DNA of 63,760 bases, filler included. It is 10 parts of 10 records of this genome, joined end to end, with 100 filler letters (N's around TTAATTAATTAA, not from the genome) between each part and the next. Parts side by side here need not be neighbours in the genome. Positions count along the whole stretch, not along the records: positions 1 to 5,536 come from SRR31156797_170994; positions 5,637 to 10,740 come from SRR31156797_173613; 8 more parts are not named here. One strand, 5' to 3'. The position numbers and the translations under genes are program-made. The stretch's first letter is position 1; every line of letters begins with the position of its first letter. Shown here in pieces: positions 1 through 9,800 of the stretch. The notes under the pieces are model-generated. The model did not search any database, was not told the origin of the DNA, and worked only from the letters and a program-made list of their open reading frames with translations.

Positions 1-1
1 C

Positions 2-1117
2 GGTATGATCGCCATAGTAGGAGCCCTTGCCGTCGGCAGTGTTCCACGGAATGGTGCCCGGGCTGGCGAAGCTGGTTTCGTAGGTGAGGCGAAGGCCGTC
101 GTGATGCAGCCCCTTGATTGAGTACCGGCCGGGAGGCACGAGCTTGCCGTTGTCGTCGAGGCAGTCCCAGAGGTCGGTGTTCGCTCCAGCCTTGCGCTCG
201 GCAGAAGCAAGCAGATTGCGTACGCGGCGGCCGTTGGCGTCGTCAACAGCCAGGGTCACGCGTTGAGGGGAGGGGAGCGTGTAGTTGATCCTGACCGGGC
301 CCTGCGGTTCTTCTGCAGCAACAGCCAGCTCCCAGGGCGGGGTCGGCAGCGTGAGCTTGCCGGCCTTCTCGAGAATGACAGATCCCCAGGCTTCGTGTGC
401 GGTCCAGAAGAACTCCCGACTTGTTTGCCCCTCGGCCAGGTTGTCGGCATAGCGATGTACCGGCCAGTCGGCCTCGCCCCAGAGGAGTTCAAAACCGCAG
501 GCGAACTGGTCGCCCGCCTTGAAATGCCTGCGCTTGGTAATGAGTGGCCATGGGAGTTTCATCTCCTGTACGTAGCCTTTGCCGTCCGTATCCTTGAGGA
601 ACGCCATCTCGACGCCGTTGTCGAGAGTCCAGCCGTCCCTGCGGAAGAGCTTGATCGCCCCACCGCCAAAAGGCTCGGTGAGACTCTCGCCGTATTCGAT
701 ATGGATAAACGGCTCCTGCTTTTTGGCGAAGCACCAGGCTGTGACGTGGCAAATGCGGTCGGTTTTGAGGCGAAGTTGCACACCGTCACCGGCCCAGCCT
801 TTGTCCGCCTGGAACTGCGGGTCATGGTTGTTCCCGAGGGGAATCGGGTCTTTCCAATGGATTGATATGTACAGGTTTGCGCTGTCGTACATCATTGCGA
901 CGTGGCCAGAGTAGATATCCCTGAGTGTCTGGACATCGTAGCACATTAGCGTGCTGCCGCTGAGATCCCAGTCGTCGAGCTTGCCGTCGATGATGACGTT
1001 GGCGGGGGCGGGCACGGCATGGATGCCATGGTTGTCGGTCTGCGCTGACTGGGCAGTTGTTGATGCCCACATGAGCAGCACTTCAACTATGATCTGGACT
1101 ATGTTTCGCAACTTCAT
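2..1117 (-). CDS. Large secreted protein, 5' part only (signal peptide, CBM9/sugar-binding-like N-domain, FlgD-like Ig domain); runs off the window start
   Basis: Not in the ORF track. Manual translation from ATG 1117 (RBS GGGGAG) gives MKLRNIVQIIVEVLLMWASTTAQSAQTDNHGIHAVPAPANVIIDGKLDDWD...QRVTLAVDDANGRRVRNLL...WDCLDDNGKLVPPGRY, with IDGKLDDW and a FlgD-type VRNLL...WDxxDDxG..GxY motif. The frame is open to the window edge. Confidence 0.8.
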   Translation of the reverse strand, partial: MKLRNIVQIIVEVLLMWASTTAQSAQTDNHGIHAVPAPANVIIDGKLDDWDLSGSTLMCYDVQTLRDIYSGHVAMMYDSANLYISIHWKDPIPLGNNHDPQFQADKGWAGDGVQLRLKTDRICHVTAWCFAKKQEPFIHIEYGESLTEPFGGGAIKLFRRDGWTLDNGVEMAFLKDTDGKGYVQEMKLPWPLITKRRHFKAGDQFACGFELLWGEADWPVHRYADNLAEGQTSREFFWTAHEAWGSVILEKAGKLTLPTPPWELAVAAEEPQGPVRINYTLPSPQRVTLAVDDANGRRVRNLLASAERKAGANTDLWDCLDDNGKLVPPGRYSIKGLHHDGLRLTYETSFASPGTIPWNTADGKGSYYGDHT

Positions 1118-1224
1118 TGTCTGTTCTCCCCGACCATTGTTGTTCTCTTCCCAAGGAAATCTAGTCGTTGCCCCCCCCTTGCTTTTCCACCTGCGAGGCA
1201 GATGCTCTCAAAAACGGGTACAGC

Positions 1225-1343
1225 GGGGCCGTTGAAGAGCTCTTGTACTAGAACTTGGCGAAGGCACACAACCGTGTTCATAGCGCAGAAGTGGGTGTCG
1301 TGGCCCGATCACAACGTCATGACGCGACTTCTTCAACAGCCCC
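1225..1343. mobile_element. Putative MITE (~119 bp) with IS5/IS1182-like terminal inverted repeats
   Basis: GGGGCCGTTGAAGA (1225-1238) is a 13/14 inverted match to TCTTCAACAGCCCC (1330-1343). It is intergenic and has no clear target-site duplication. Confidence 0.45.
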
Positions 1344-1627
1344 CCAGCCACCAACTGAATCGAGTGACACTGCTATTACGTCGGTCGCTAGAGTCCATGA
1401 TCTCGGCTTTCTGGCTGCCATCCATGCAACCGCTCCGGGCGGCGTCGGGTCTGTGGGTCGGATTGTCAAAGCCACTCCAATCATAGCTGTTCTAACGGCA
1501 CCATATCGACAGGATACCGAACAGCGGCGGACCGGTCAATCCTTGTCTCGGCGGAACACGGATCACGGGCGACGGGTCGCGGGCCTGCCCGGCTTTTTGC
1601 TGTCGCGGCGGGGGTGGGGGCCTTAGA

Positions 1628-2698
1628 ATGGTGGGCATGATGGAAAGAGCGGCGTATAGGATTATCGATGCGAACTTCAATCGGGCCCGCGAGGCGTTGC
1701 GGGTAATGGAGGAGTACTGCCGGTTCGCGCTGAACTGCGAGGCGCTGAGCGGGCGGGCCAAGCAGATGCGTCACGAACTCAGTGCCGCGATCGGACAGTT
1801 GGACGCCGGGGCGATGCTGGCCGGCCGTGACACGCTGGGCGACGTGGGCGTGGGCTTAAAGGTCGAGAACCAGCTTCAACGCGGTTCCTTGGCCGATGCC
1901 TTCACCGCCGCTGCCAAGCGTTTGCCCGAGGCGTTGCGGGCGCTGGCCGAGACGATCCAGGCCGAGAGTTCTGCGACGGCGGCGGACATTGAGCAATTGC
2001 GCTACCAAGCCTACACCTTCGAGAAGGACGTGGTGCTCTTTGCCGAGCCGGTCGAGCGATTCAAGCGGGTCCGGCTGTACGTCATCATCACCAGCAACCT
2101 GCCGGCCGAGGTGCTGTCGCTGGCCAGCCAGTGCGCCGCGGGCGGGGCCGACTGCATTCAACTGCGGGCCAAGGGCATTCCCGACGACCGGCTGTTCGCC
2201 CTGGCGGTGGAGTTTGCCGAGATCTGCCGGGAGATGGGGACGCTTAGCATCATCAACGACCGGGCCGATATCGCTACGGCCGCCGGTGCCGACGGCGTGC
2301 ACCTGGGACAGAACGACCTGCCCGTCGAGCAGGTGCGCCGCTTACAACTGAGCCCGCTGATCATCGGCAAGAGCACGCACACGCCGGACGAATTGGAACG
2401 GGCATTGCCGGCTCGGCCCAGCTACGTCAGTCTCGGTTGCATCTTTCCGACGCCGACCAAGCCCAAGATCGACATCGCCGGTTTCGATTACGTCCGTGCC
2501 GGGCTCCAGCGACTGCGTGACACCGGGACCAGCCACGTTGCGATCGGTGGGATCACCTTCGACAACGTCGCCCAGGTCTTCGCGGCCGGTGCCGAGCGCG
2601 TAGCCGTGTGTGAAGCGATTACCGGCGCGCCGAATCCGGGCGACACCTGCCGGCGCTTCAAAGAGAAAATCACGGAACTGATCGACAAGCAATCCTAG
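1628..2698 (+). CDS. thiE: Thiamine-phosphate synthase with N-terminal helical (ThiD2-type) domain
   Basis: RIIDANFNRAREALRVMEEY N-domain; QLRAK, INDRAD, GVHLGQND, GKSTH, PTPTK and AIGGI ThiE motifs. Confidence 0.93.
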   Translation: MVGMMERAAYRIIDANFNRAREALRVMEEYCRFALNCEALSGRAKQMRHELSAAIGQLDAGAMLAGRDTLGDVGVGLKVENQLQRGSLADAFTAAAKRLPEALRALAETIQAESSATAADIEQLRYQAYTFEKDVVLFAEPVERFKRVRLYVIITSNLPAEVLSLASQCAAGGADCIQLRAKGIPDDRLFALAVEFAEICREMGTLSIINDRADIATAAGADGVHLGQNDLPVEQVRRLQLSPLIIGKSTHTPDELERALPARPSYVSLGCIFPTPTKPKIDIAGFDYVRAGLQRLRDTGTSHVAIGGITFDNVAQVFAAGAERVAVCEAITGAPNPGDTCRRFKEKITELIDKQS

Positions 2699-2720
2699 AG
2701 ACGAACAGAGGAGGCCGGAC

Positions 2721-4331
2721 ATGATCCGATCCGCATGCGTTCGACATGGCATCGTAGCGTTTCTTTGCACGGGTTTGCTGGCGACGGCCAGTTCGGCCGC
2801 GACCTTGTGGGAGCAGGCCAACGCCAACAAGGATTTGTTGCGGATCGCGACGCTCTTCACCGCCCAGAACGTGCGCGACCACCTGGGCAGCGACGACGGG
2901 ATCGACCAGGCGATCGACTGGTGCCAGGCGACCGGCGTCACGCATGTGTTCATCGAGACCTTTCGCGGCAAGTACACCGTGCCACGACCGCTGCTCGAAC
3001 GGGCGAAGCTCCGCTTCACTGACGCCGGCTTCGACGTTTCCGGCTGCGTCACCACCACGCGCGTCGGCAAGCGCTCAACCGGCTGGGAGATCATCGACTG
3101 CTACACCGATATCTCCACCCAGCAACATTTGCAGCAGATCTTCCAGTACACCGCGTCTATCTTCGACGAGATCATGATCGACGATTTCCTGTTCACCGAT
3201 TGCGAATGCGACGCGTGCCAGGCCGCTCGCGGCCAGAAATCCTGGGCCAAATACCGCTGCGATCTGATGGTAGACGTCAGCCGCAACCGCATCCTCAAGC
3301 CCGCCCAGGCCGTCAACCCGGACGTCAGCGTCATCATCAAATTCCCGCAATGGTTCGACCGGTTTCACGAGCGTGGATATGACGTGGTGCGGCAGAGCGC
3401 CGACTACGACCGCATCTGGGTCGGCACCGAGACACGTGACTACGAAGACGAGCGCTGGGGTGGCAAGGTCCAGTACGAAGCGTATTTCATCATGCGTTGG
3501 CTGGGCGAGATCGGCGGGGCCAAGTGCGGCGGTGGCTGGTTCGATCCCTACGGCACCCACGAAGACACCTACGTCGAGCAGGCCCGGCAGACCGTGCTGG
3601 CCGACGCGAAAGAGATGCTGCTATTCTGTTACGGCTCGCTCCAGGAGAACACCGGGCCGGCCAACGTCGCGCGATTCCGCACCGAACTCCCAGGCCTGTT
3701 CGAGCTGGCCCAGCTCGTCCGCAACCAGCCACTCCGGGGCATCGCCGCTCCGAAACCGCCCAACAGCGACCCGGGCAAGGAGTCCTACGTCTACGACTTC
3801 ATCGGCATGATGGGCCTGCCCCTGGTGCCCACCGCGACGCTCGGCACCGACGCCAAGGCCGCGTTCCTGCCTGTCCAAATGCTGAAGGACCGGCAACTCC
3901 AAAGCAAGCTCGGCGCGCTACTGAAGGCCGGCGCCCCCGTCCTCGTCACCGACGGCCTGGCCCAGAAGCTCCCCACGCAACTGGCCCGCGACGACAGCCT
4001 GCTCGTCCTGAACGTAGGCGGCAATCCCAAGGGCTTGCTCGAGCTGACCCGCGAAGAATTAAAACCCATCCGCGACAGACTGCTGGCCCCCTTCGGCTTA
4101 CGCTTCGACGCACCGAACAAAGTGGCTCTCTACCTGATCGGCGAGCGCTGCATCATCGTCGAAAACTTCAACGACGAGCCCGTCACCGCGACCCTGGAAT
4201 TCGCCCAGCCGCACGAGGCCCGCCAGGTTTTGTCCTTGCCCACCGACGCGAACGTAGAAATGACCACCACTGCGGGCACAGTCGAATTTCAAGCCCTCCC
4301 CGCACGCACGCTCGTGGCTCTGACTCACTAG
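2721..4331 (+). CDS. Secreted hypothetical protein, glycoside-hydrolase-like TIM barrel plus C-terminal domains
   Basis: Signal peptide ending ASSA, RBS GAGGAGG, DEIMIDDFLFTDCECDAC (acidic pair plus CxCxxC), 536 aa with GC3-rich codon bias. Confidence 0.7.
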   Translation: MIRSACVRHGIVAFLCTGLLATASSAATLWEQANANKDLLRIATLFTAQNVRDHLGSDDGIDQAIDWCQATGVTHVFIETFRGKYTVPRPLLERAKLRFTDAGFDVSGCVTTTRVGKRSTGWEIIDCYTDISTQQHLQQIFQYTASIFDEIMIDDFLFTDCECDACQAARGQKSWAKYRCDLMVDVSRNRILKPAQAVNPDVSVIIKFPQWFDRFHERGYDVVRQSADYDRIWVGTETRDYEDERWGGKVQYEAYFIMRWLGEIGGAKCGGGWFDPYGTHEDTYVEQARQTVLADAKEMLLFCYGSLQENTGPANVARFRTELPGLFELAQLVRNQPLRGIAAPKPPNSDPGKESYVYDFIGMMGLPLVPTATLGTDAKAAFLPVQMLKDRQLQSKLGALLKAGAPVLVTDGLAQKLPTQLARDDSLLVLNVGGNPKGLLELTREELKPIRDRLLAPFGLRFDAPNKVALYLIGERCIIVENFNDEPVTATLEFAQPHEARQVLSLPTDANVEMTTTAGTVEFQALPARTLVALTH

Positions 4332-4609
4332 CCGCTACCCCATCCCGGCAGCGGCCCCGTGAATCTCCGCCGATGGAAAGGGCTCTGATCGATGGGAATG
4401 TGGCGTTGACGGTGGACAAAGCGCCAGGTGAGCGGTAGCATGCGCTGGCGTCAGGCACAATGAGCGCCAGCCACGCGCACCAGGGGCGACGGCGCCGCCT
4501 TCATCATTTGCGCGGATCGTTCTTCGCCTTGGGTGGCCGCGATCGCCACACAGGGAACTCGGACGGTTCCTGCGGACATATGAGCCAGTGCAAGAAAGGA
4601 GACCAAGCT

Positions 4610-5449
4610 ATGGATCCTCAAGGCATCCCACCCAAACCCTCTCTGCCAGATCGACGAGCGTTTCTCAAGCAGTTGGCAGGCATCGCCGGTGGTACAGCGC
4701 TGGCCTACGGGCTGCTGCCTCCGTCTGATTCCAGAGGCGCGATCGTGGCCCAGGACGATCCGCGCCTGCACACGGAATGGATCGCGTACCCCGGGCCCAA
4801 GGATCCGGTTCGCGCCTATCTGGCGAGGCCCAAGGAAGAGAAGAAGCGGCCGGCCGTGATCGTGATCCACGAAAACAGAGGCCTTCAGCCTCACATCCAG
4901 GACGTTACGCGACGCATGGCCCTGGCAGGGTTCCTCGCCGTTGCGCCGGATGCCCTGTCGCCCCTGGGGGGAACGCCGGATGATGATGACGAGGCGCGCT
5001 CGCGCATGCGCGAACTGGACGGCGAAGCAACGACTCAGAACTTCGTCGCCGCGGTGAAATTCCTCAAAACCCATCCGGCCTCGACCGGCAAGGTCGGCTG
5101 CACCGGCTTCTGCTGGGGTGGTGCCATGACCAACCAGGTGGCAGTGAATTCACCAGATCTTGCGGCGGCGGTCCCCTACTACGGCCGGCAACCGGCCTCC
5201 GAAGACGTGCCGAAGATCAAGGCCGCGCTGCTGTGCCAATACGGCGGCCTCGATGAGCGAATCAACCGGGGCATCCCGGCGTTCGAAGCGGCGCTCAAGG
5301 CCGCCAAGATCGACTATAAGATCCACGTGTATGAGGGTGCCCAGCACGCGTTCAACAACGACACCAACCCCGGACGCTACCACAAAGAGGCGGCGGAACT
5401 GGCCTGGAAGCGCACCATTGCCTTCTTCAAAGAGAAGTTGAAGACGTGA
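4610..5449 (+). CDS. Dienelactone hydrolase family protein (YghX-like) with Tat-like signal
   Basis: DRRAFLK twin-arginine motif, IHENRGL, GFCWGG nucleophile motif, HAF; RBS AAGGAG before ATG 4610. Confidence 0.9.
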   Translation: MDPQGIPPKPSLPDRRAFLKQLAGIAGGTALAYGLLPPSDSRGAIVAQDDPRLHTEWIAYPGPKDPVRAYLARPKEEKKRPAVIVIHENRGLQPHIQDVTRRMALAGFLAVAPDALSPLGGTPDDDDEARSRMRELDGEATTQNFVAAVKFLKTHPASTGKVGCTGFCWGGAMTNQVAVNSPDLAAAVPYYGRQPASEDVPKIKAALLCQYGGLDERINRGIPAFEAALKAAKIDYKIHVYEGAQHAFNNDTNPGRYHKEAAELAWKRTIAFFKEKLKT

Positions 5450-5510
5450 CACCTGCCGAAGAAGATCTGCACAGACAGGATGCCACGACGAGCACAGCAA
5501 TCGCAAAGTT

Positions 5511-5536
5511 GTCATGCTGAACGCAGTGAAGCATCT
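5511..5536. repeat. REP-like palindromic repeat at the contig end
   Basis: GTCATGCTGAACGCAGTGAAGCATCT, a GTCAT-headed palindrome; the contig breaks here. Confidence 0.5.
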
Positions 5537-5636
5537 NNNNNNNNNNNNNNNNNNNNNNNNNNNNNNNNNNNNNNNNNNNNTTAATTAATTAANNNNNNNN
5601 NNNNNNNNNNNNNNNNNNNNNNNNNNNNNNNNNNNN
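5537..5636. other. Artificial contig spacer
   Basis: N44-TTAATTAATTAA-N44, with stops in all six frames. Confidence 0.99.
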
Positions 5637-6738
5637 CAAATGTTGTTCCGGGCGCCGTTATGGGTACGGGCTGAACATCGGGATTTTTACCCTCCAGGCC
5701 TGTACCGGACACCGGCCCGTTTCCATCGGAATCTGACACAGAAAGAGCGTCGCTCATGCGGTACAGGCTGTTTTGTCCCTTTGAAGCCCGCTGCGCCGCC
5801 ACCAGCGCGTAAAAGCCTTGCTCCGTTGCCATCTGGTTGGAGCCGCTGCCGGAAGACGTGTGCAGAAAGCTGCCGTTTTCCTGACGAAATCCCATGAGGT
5901 TTTCTATCAGCGTGTGCCCGTTTTTTACAAACCGGAAATCGTCCAGAGAGACCCCCAGCTCCGTGAGCGCAACGATAACCTGCACGACGCTTTCGGAGTT
6001 GGCGATACCCCAGCTGGCGTAGCCGCCGTCTGCGTCCTGCTGCTGCGACATACAGTCGAGCGCTTCGTCAACGGCCTCGGCCACGTCCTCCCGGTACCGG
6101 TATTTGGCTAGTGCCTGCAGCGCCATACCCGTGATGTCCGGATCGGCTGATTCTTCACTGCCACCCGTGCCGTTGAGCGACCAGCCGCCATCCGCCAGCT
6201 GTCGGGACAGTATCTCATCCACGTACATATCACGTGTTGCCGAAATTTCGGCGTCCGGGCTCAGCGGCATGTCGTAGCTGCCGCTGTCCAGCGCGATGAG
6301 CGCCCAGACCGGCCCATTGAGTCCCTGCCAAATCGTCTTATCATAGTCTCCCAGCGGCGTGAGCAGATTGTATCCCGCCACATCGGTCGGGTCTTTCCCA
6401 ATGGCTGTCAGCGCCAGCGTCACGCGCGAATATTCCGTGTATTTTTTTGTATGTAATACGCCGTCACAGTCCTTGACGTACGCTTCAACGGTGGCGTAGT
6501 AGTCCTGATAATATTCCTCCGGGACGTCGTACCCGCTGCGGGCCAGACCGATGACGGCCCATTCCCCGCCGACGGACCCGACCTGCGGATTATCTATAAC
6601 GTCAAGGACATAAGCGGCCGTACCGCTCACAGCGGCATCCAGCTCAGAGGCTGAAACGGCCGACGCTGTGAGAAAACTGCCGGCAAGCATTACAAATGCC
6701 AACCAAACGCATATATACTTTAATACGTTTTTTTTCAC
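5637..6738 (-). CDS. Secreted prenyltransferase/squalene-oxidase-repeat (alpha/alpha-barrel) surface protein, 3'-truncated
   Basis: Signal peptide; GEWAVIGLARSG, QLADGGW, DPDITGMALQAL, QQDADGGY, NSESVVQVIVAL and NQMATEQ repeats. Confidence 0.85.
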
Positions 6739-6825
6739 TTTCTGCTCCTCCTTTAAATAGGGGGTATACCCACCGCCGGGTTTTTCCCTGGCAGCGGGTT
6801 TTTTATTTATACGATCAAAAAATAC

Positions 6826-9800
6826 TCACCCGACGAGATTCTCAACAAAGCGCATGAGAATTGTGGCAACCTGCGCGCGCGTAGCGCCGCCGCCCGGTTC
6901 GAGCGTTGTTTCCGTCACCCCGTTAACGAGCCCCTCGGCATTAGCCCATTGCATGGCTGATTCTGCCCAAGTGCTGATACCACCGGCATCCGTGTATGCC
7001 GTGAGACCTGCCGTCGCCGTGATGTCGTAGCCCTTATAGTCGGCGTAGTTATAGAGGATTGTCGCCAGCTGCTCACGCGTGATACTGTCGTTCGTGCCGA
7101 ACAGGCCGCCCCCATAGCCGCTGATAATCTCATTTTCACTGGACCAGATCACCGCGTCTGTGTACCAGTGGCCGCTTTGCACATCGGTAAAGCCGCCATC
7201 AGCAGTGACAGACGGCCTGCCTTCTAGGCGGTACAGCACCGTTACGAGCATCGACCGTGTCATGGCTGTGTCCGGTTCAAAAGCCGTCTCCGTTACGCCG
7301 CTGAACAAATCTCTTGACGCTGCGAATTCAACGGCCTCATAAAACCAATCGTCCGTCGTCACATCTGTGAACGGGTTCGTCCAGATCGCCGTATAATTTA
7401 CTACGTAGTAGGACAGGTGCGTCGTTGAAAATGTAGCCATGCCTGTTGATTTATTATAGGTGCAGGTCATCTGTTCCAGCTCTCCGGCGTCGTTAAGATA
7501 CCAGACAGCTACGTTTGCCGCATCCTCGCCGTCCTTAAGCGTGTATGGCAGCGATATAGTGAGACTCTCGCCGTCGAAGCTGGAGATATGCTTTGAGCCG
7601 CCGAGAACCGAGATGTCGTAGACCACGTCTGAACCAACCGCTTTCTGCTGATTCTCAGTCAGCTCCGTCATCTCTACCGTGCCGAGGCTTACTGTGATGG
7701 CACTGCCCCCGGCCTGAGACGCAATGGAATCGAGCGCCGCATTTGGCAGTGTGATATTTCCGACCGGTGTCTGAATGGAGAGGTCGGCATTCGTTTGACC
7801 GGCGACGGCGTTTAACGCGTCTGCCGACAATGCAACCTTCATTGTTCCAACCTCGCCGCTGACCGTCGGTGAAACAACGATGACTCCTCCGTTTGTTTTG
7901 GCACTGACTACGGCATCCTTTATATCCGACAGTGACAGGCTGACGCTAGCCGTCCCGTTACTGACGGTTGCTTCCGGCGTGAGCGTCTGTTCAGCGGCGG
8001 CGCCTCCAGAGGAGCTGCCCGATCCGCCCCACTCCTCACTGCCTTCCTCAACCGTATAATCGTCGGTGTAATGAAACACAATAGCATCGCCGTCGTTAAG
8101 AAACTGCTCGTCAATTCCCAGCAGCGAATGCTTGCCGTTGAGCGTATACATCCAGCCGGATAAATTACCATTCGTGAATTCTGCGAGCGTTACGCCGCCT
8201 TTCGTTATGCTTTGCACATAATTTCCACTGGGATTCGACCATGTAAGGCCGACTGCCGTCAAAGCGGTTTCAAACACATCGCGGACCGTGGCGTCAACGG
8301 AAACGGTATAGGCCTTTCTGCCAATCCACGTTGTCAGGTTCCCGCCTCGCAGCGTATTAACAGCCCCGCTTTCGCCATCGGCAGCAGTCCCTAAAAGCGT
8401 AAAGTAAACATCAATGGTCCCGGTCTGTCCGGATACGACCCGAATAGTGTAGCTGGTTTGGGCGCTCAAATATTTAACATTAATGGTGATAACGCCTTTG
8501 GCCGAACTGTCAAACCCGGAGAATGTCACATCCTTGATATCCAGCGTAACGGTCGAACTATCGCTGTAGGTTGCCGTAATAACCATGCCGTCCGTACTGA
8601 AGGAATCGCCAATCAAGTAGTCGGTTTTATACGTACCGCCCAGCTCAAGCTTTGTCGCAACGGGCGCATCACTGTGGATGGGGTAATCATCGCCCTGCAC
8701 CCAGTTTTTAAAGCTGGTGTCGCTGCTGTTGAGTAAGCCGGTGATATCTCCGTTTTTAAACGCTTCTGCTGTCGCGGAGATGCAAAACAGGTCCGCGTCA
8801 AACTCATAATCGATGCCGTTTTCGGCGTACTTGGGGTGGGTCGTTGTGATAATGTCCTCGATGTATCCGATCCCGGTGCTGACGCCGCAGGTATCCAGGT
8901 AGTAGTTGTTGCTGATACCCTGGTATTTATTAAAGCTTTTCATGAAGCCGACGATGGCCCCCACTTGGCTACCGTCAGCGTTTATTGTGCCGTAAAAATG
9001 GTTATCAGAGAGATAACCCGCGCCGTTATCCCAGCAATTCTCGCATCCCGGCTCGGAACCGAGTATTCCGCCGACACGGTCCGCGCCCGTGATATCCGCG
9101 ACCACATAGCAGTTTATAACCGTCGCAACCGGGGTATTGGGTGCACTGCCGCCGCCGTCGTAGCCGGCACCAAGTATCCCGCCGACGTTGTTGCCAGTGG
9201 CTTCAATCGTGCCGAGGAAGGCGCTGTTTTTAAAGCCGCCGCCGCCCATAGACTGCGCTTTACAGCCGACAAGCCCACCGACATTATTGATGCCGTAAAC
9301 GGTGGCATAGCTGACACAGCCCATGACCGACCCATTAAATGGCCCCCCAAAAGATCCGATACTTGAGGCGTTGTGATCGTAGCCAATAATTACGTCTTTC
9401 TCAACCGTGCAGTTTACGATCTCTATGGTATTGGCGCCGGAGGCACCACCGCCGATAAAGCCGGAGTACAGCGTGCTTGTGCCGGATTTTATCGTCACAT
9501 TTTTGATCAGCGCCGCTTTCGGCGCGCCCGTATCGTAGTCGCCATCCGGTCCGTAGTCTACCTCATAATGGTTAATCAGCCCATAACCAGCAATACGGGT
9601 CCCGTAAATACCAAGGTCTCTGATTATAACATCCCGGACATAACCAAAAAGCGGCAAACCGTCTTCCGGTACCGTAACCGTATAGCCTCCGCCGTCAAAC
9701 ACGCCGGAGAAGGGCTGGATATACCGTCCATTTTCCCCCCAAGGTTTACCTTCACCCATTTCCGGGGCGTCATCCTTCAGCTGTCCGATCGGCGTCCAAC

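Noticed and set aside
263-865. 200-aa plus-strand ORF at the window start
   Set aside because: It lies antisense to the better-supported secreted-protein gene at 2-1117.
1344-1627. TPP riboswitch upstream of thiE
   Set aside because: No GCUGAGA / CCUGA...AUNC core was recognisable.
5581-5592. Recurrent TTAATTAATTAA as a biological repeat or CRISPR
   Set aside because: It is always flanked by N-runs and is an artificial spacer. No CRISPR array or cas gene was seen in the window.
6768-6806. Terminator between the two surface-protein genes
   Set aside because: The hairpin's T-run is on the non-coding strand, so it is more likely an mRNA-stability element or an antisense terminator.
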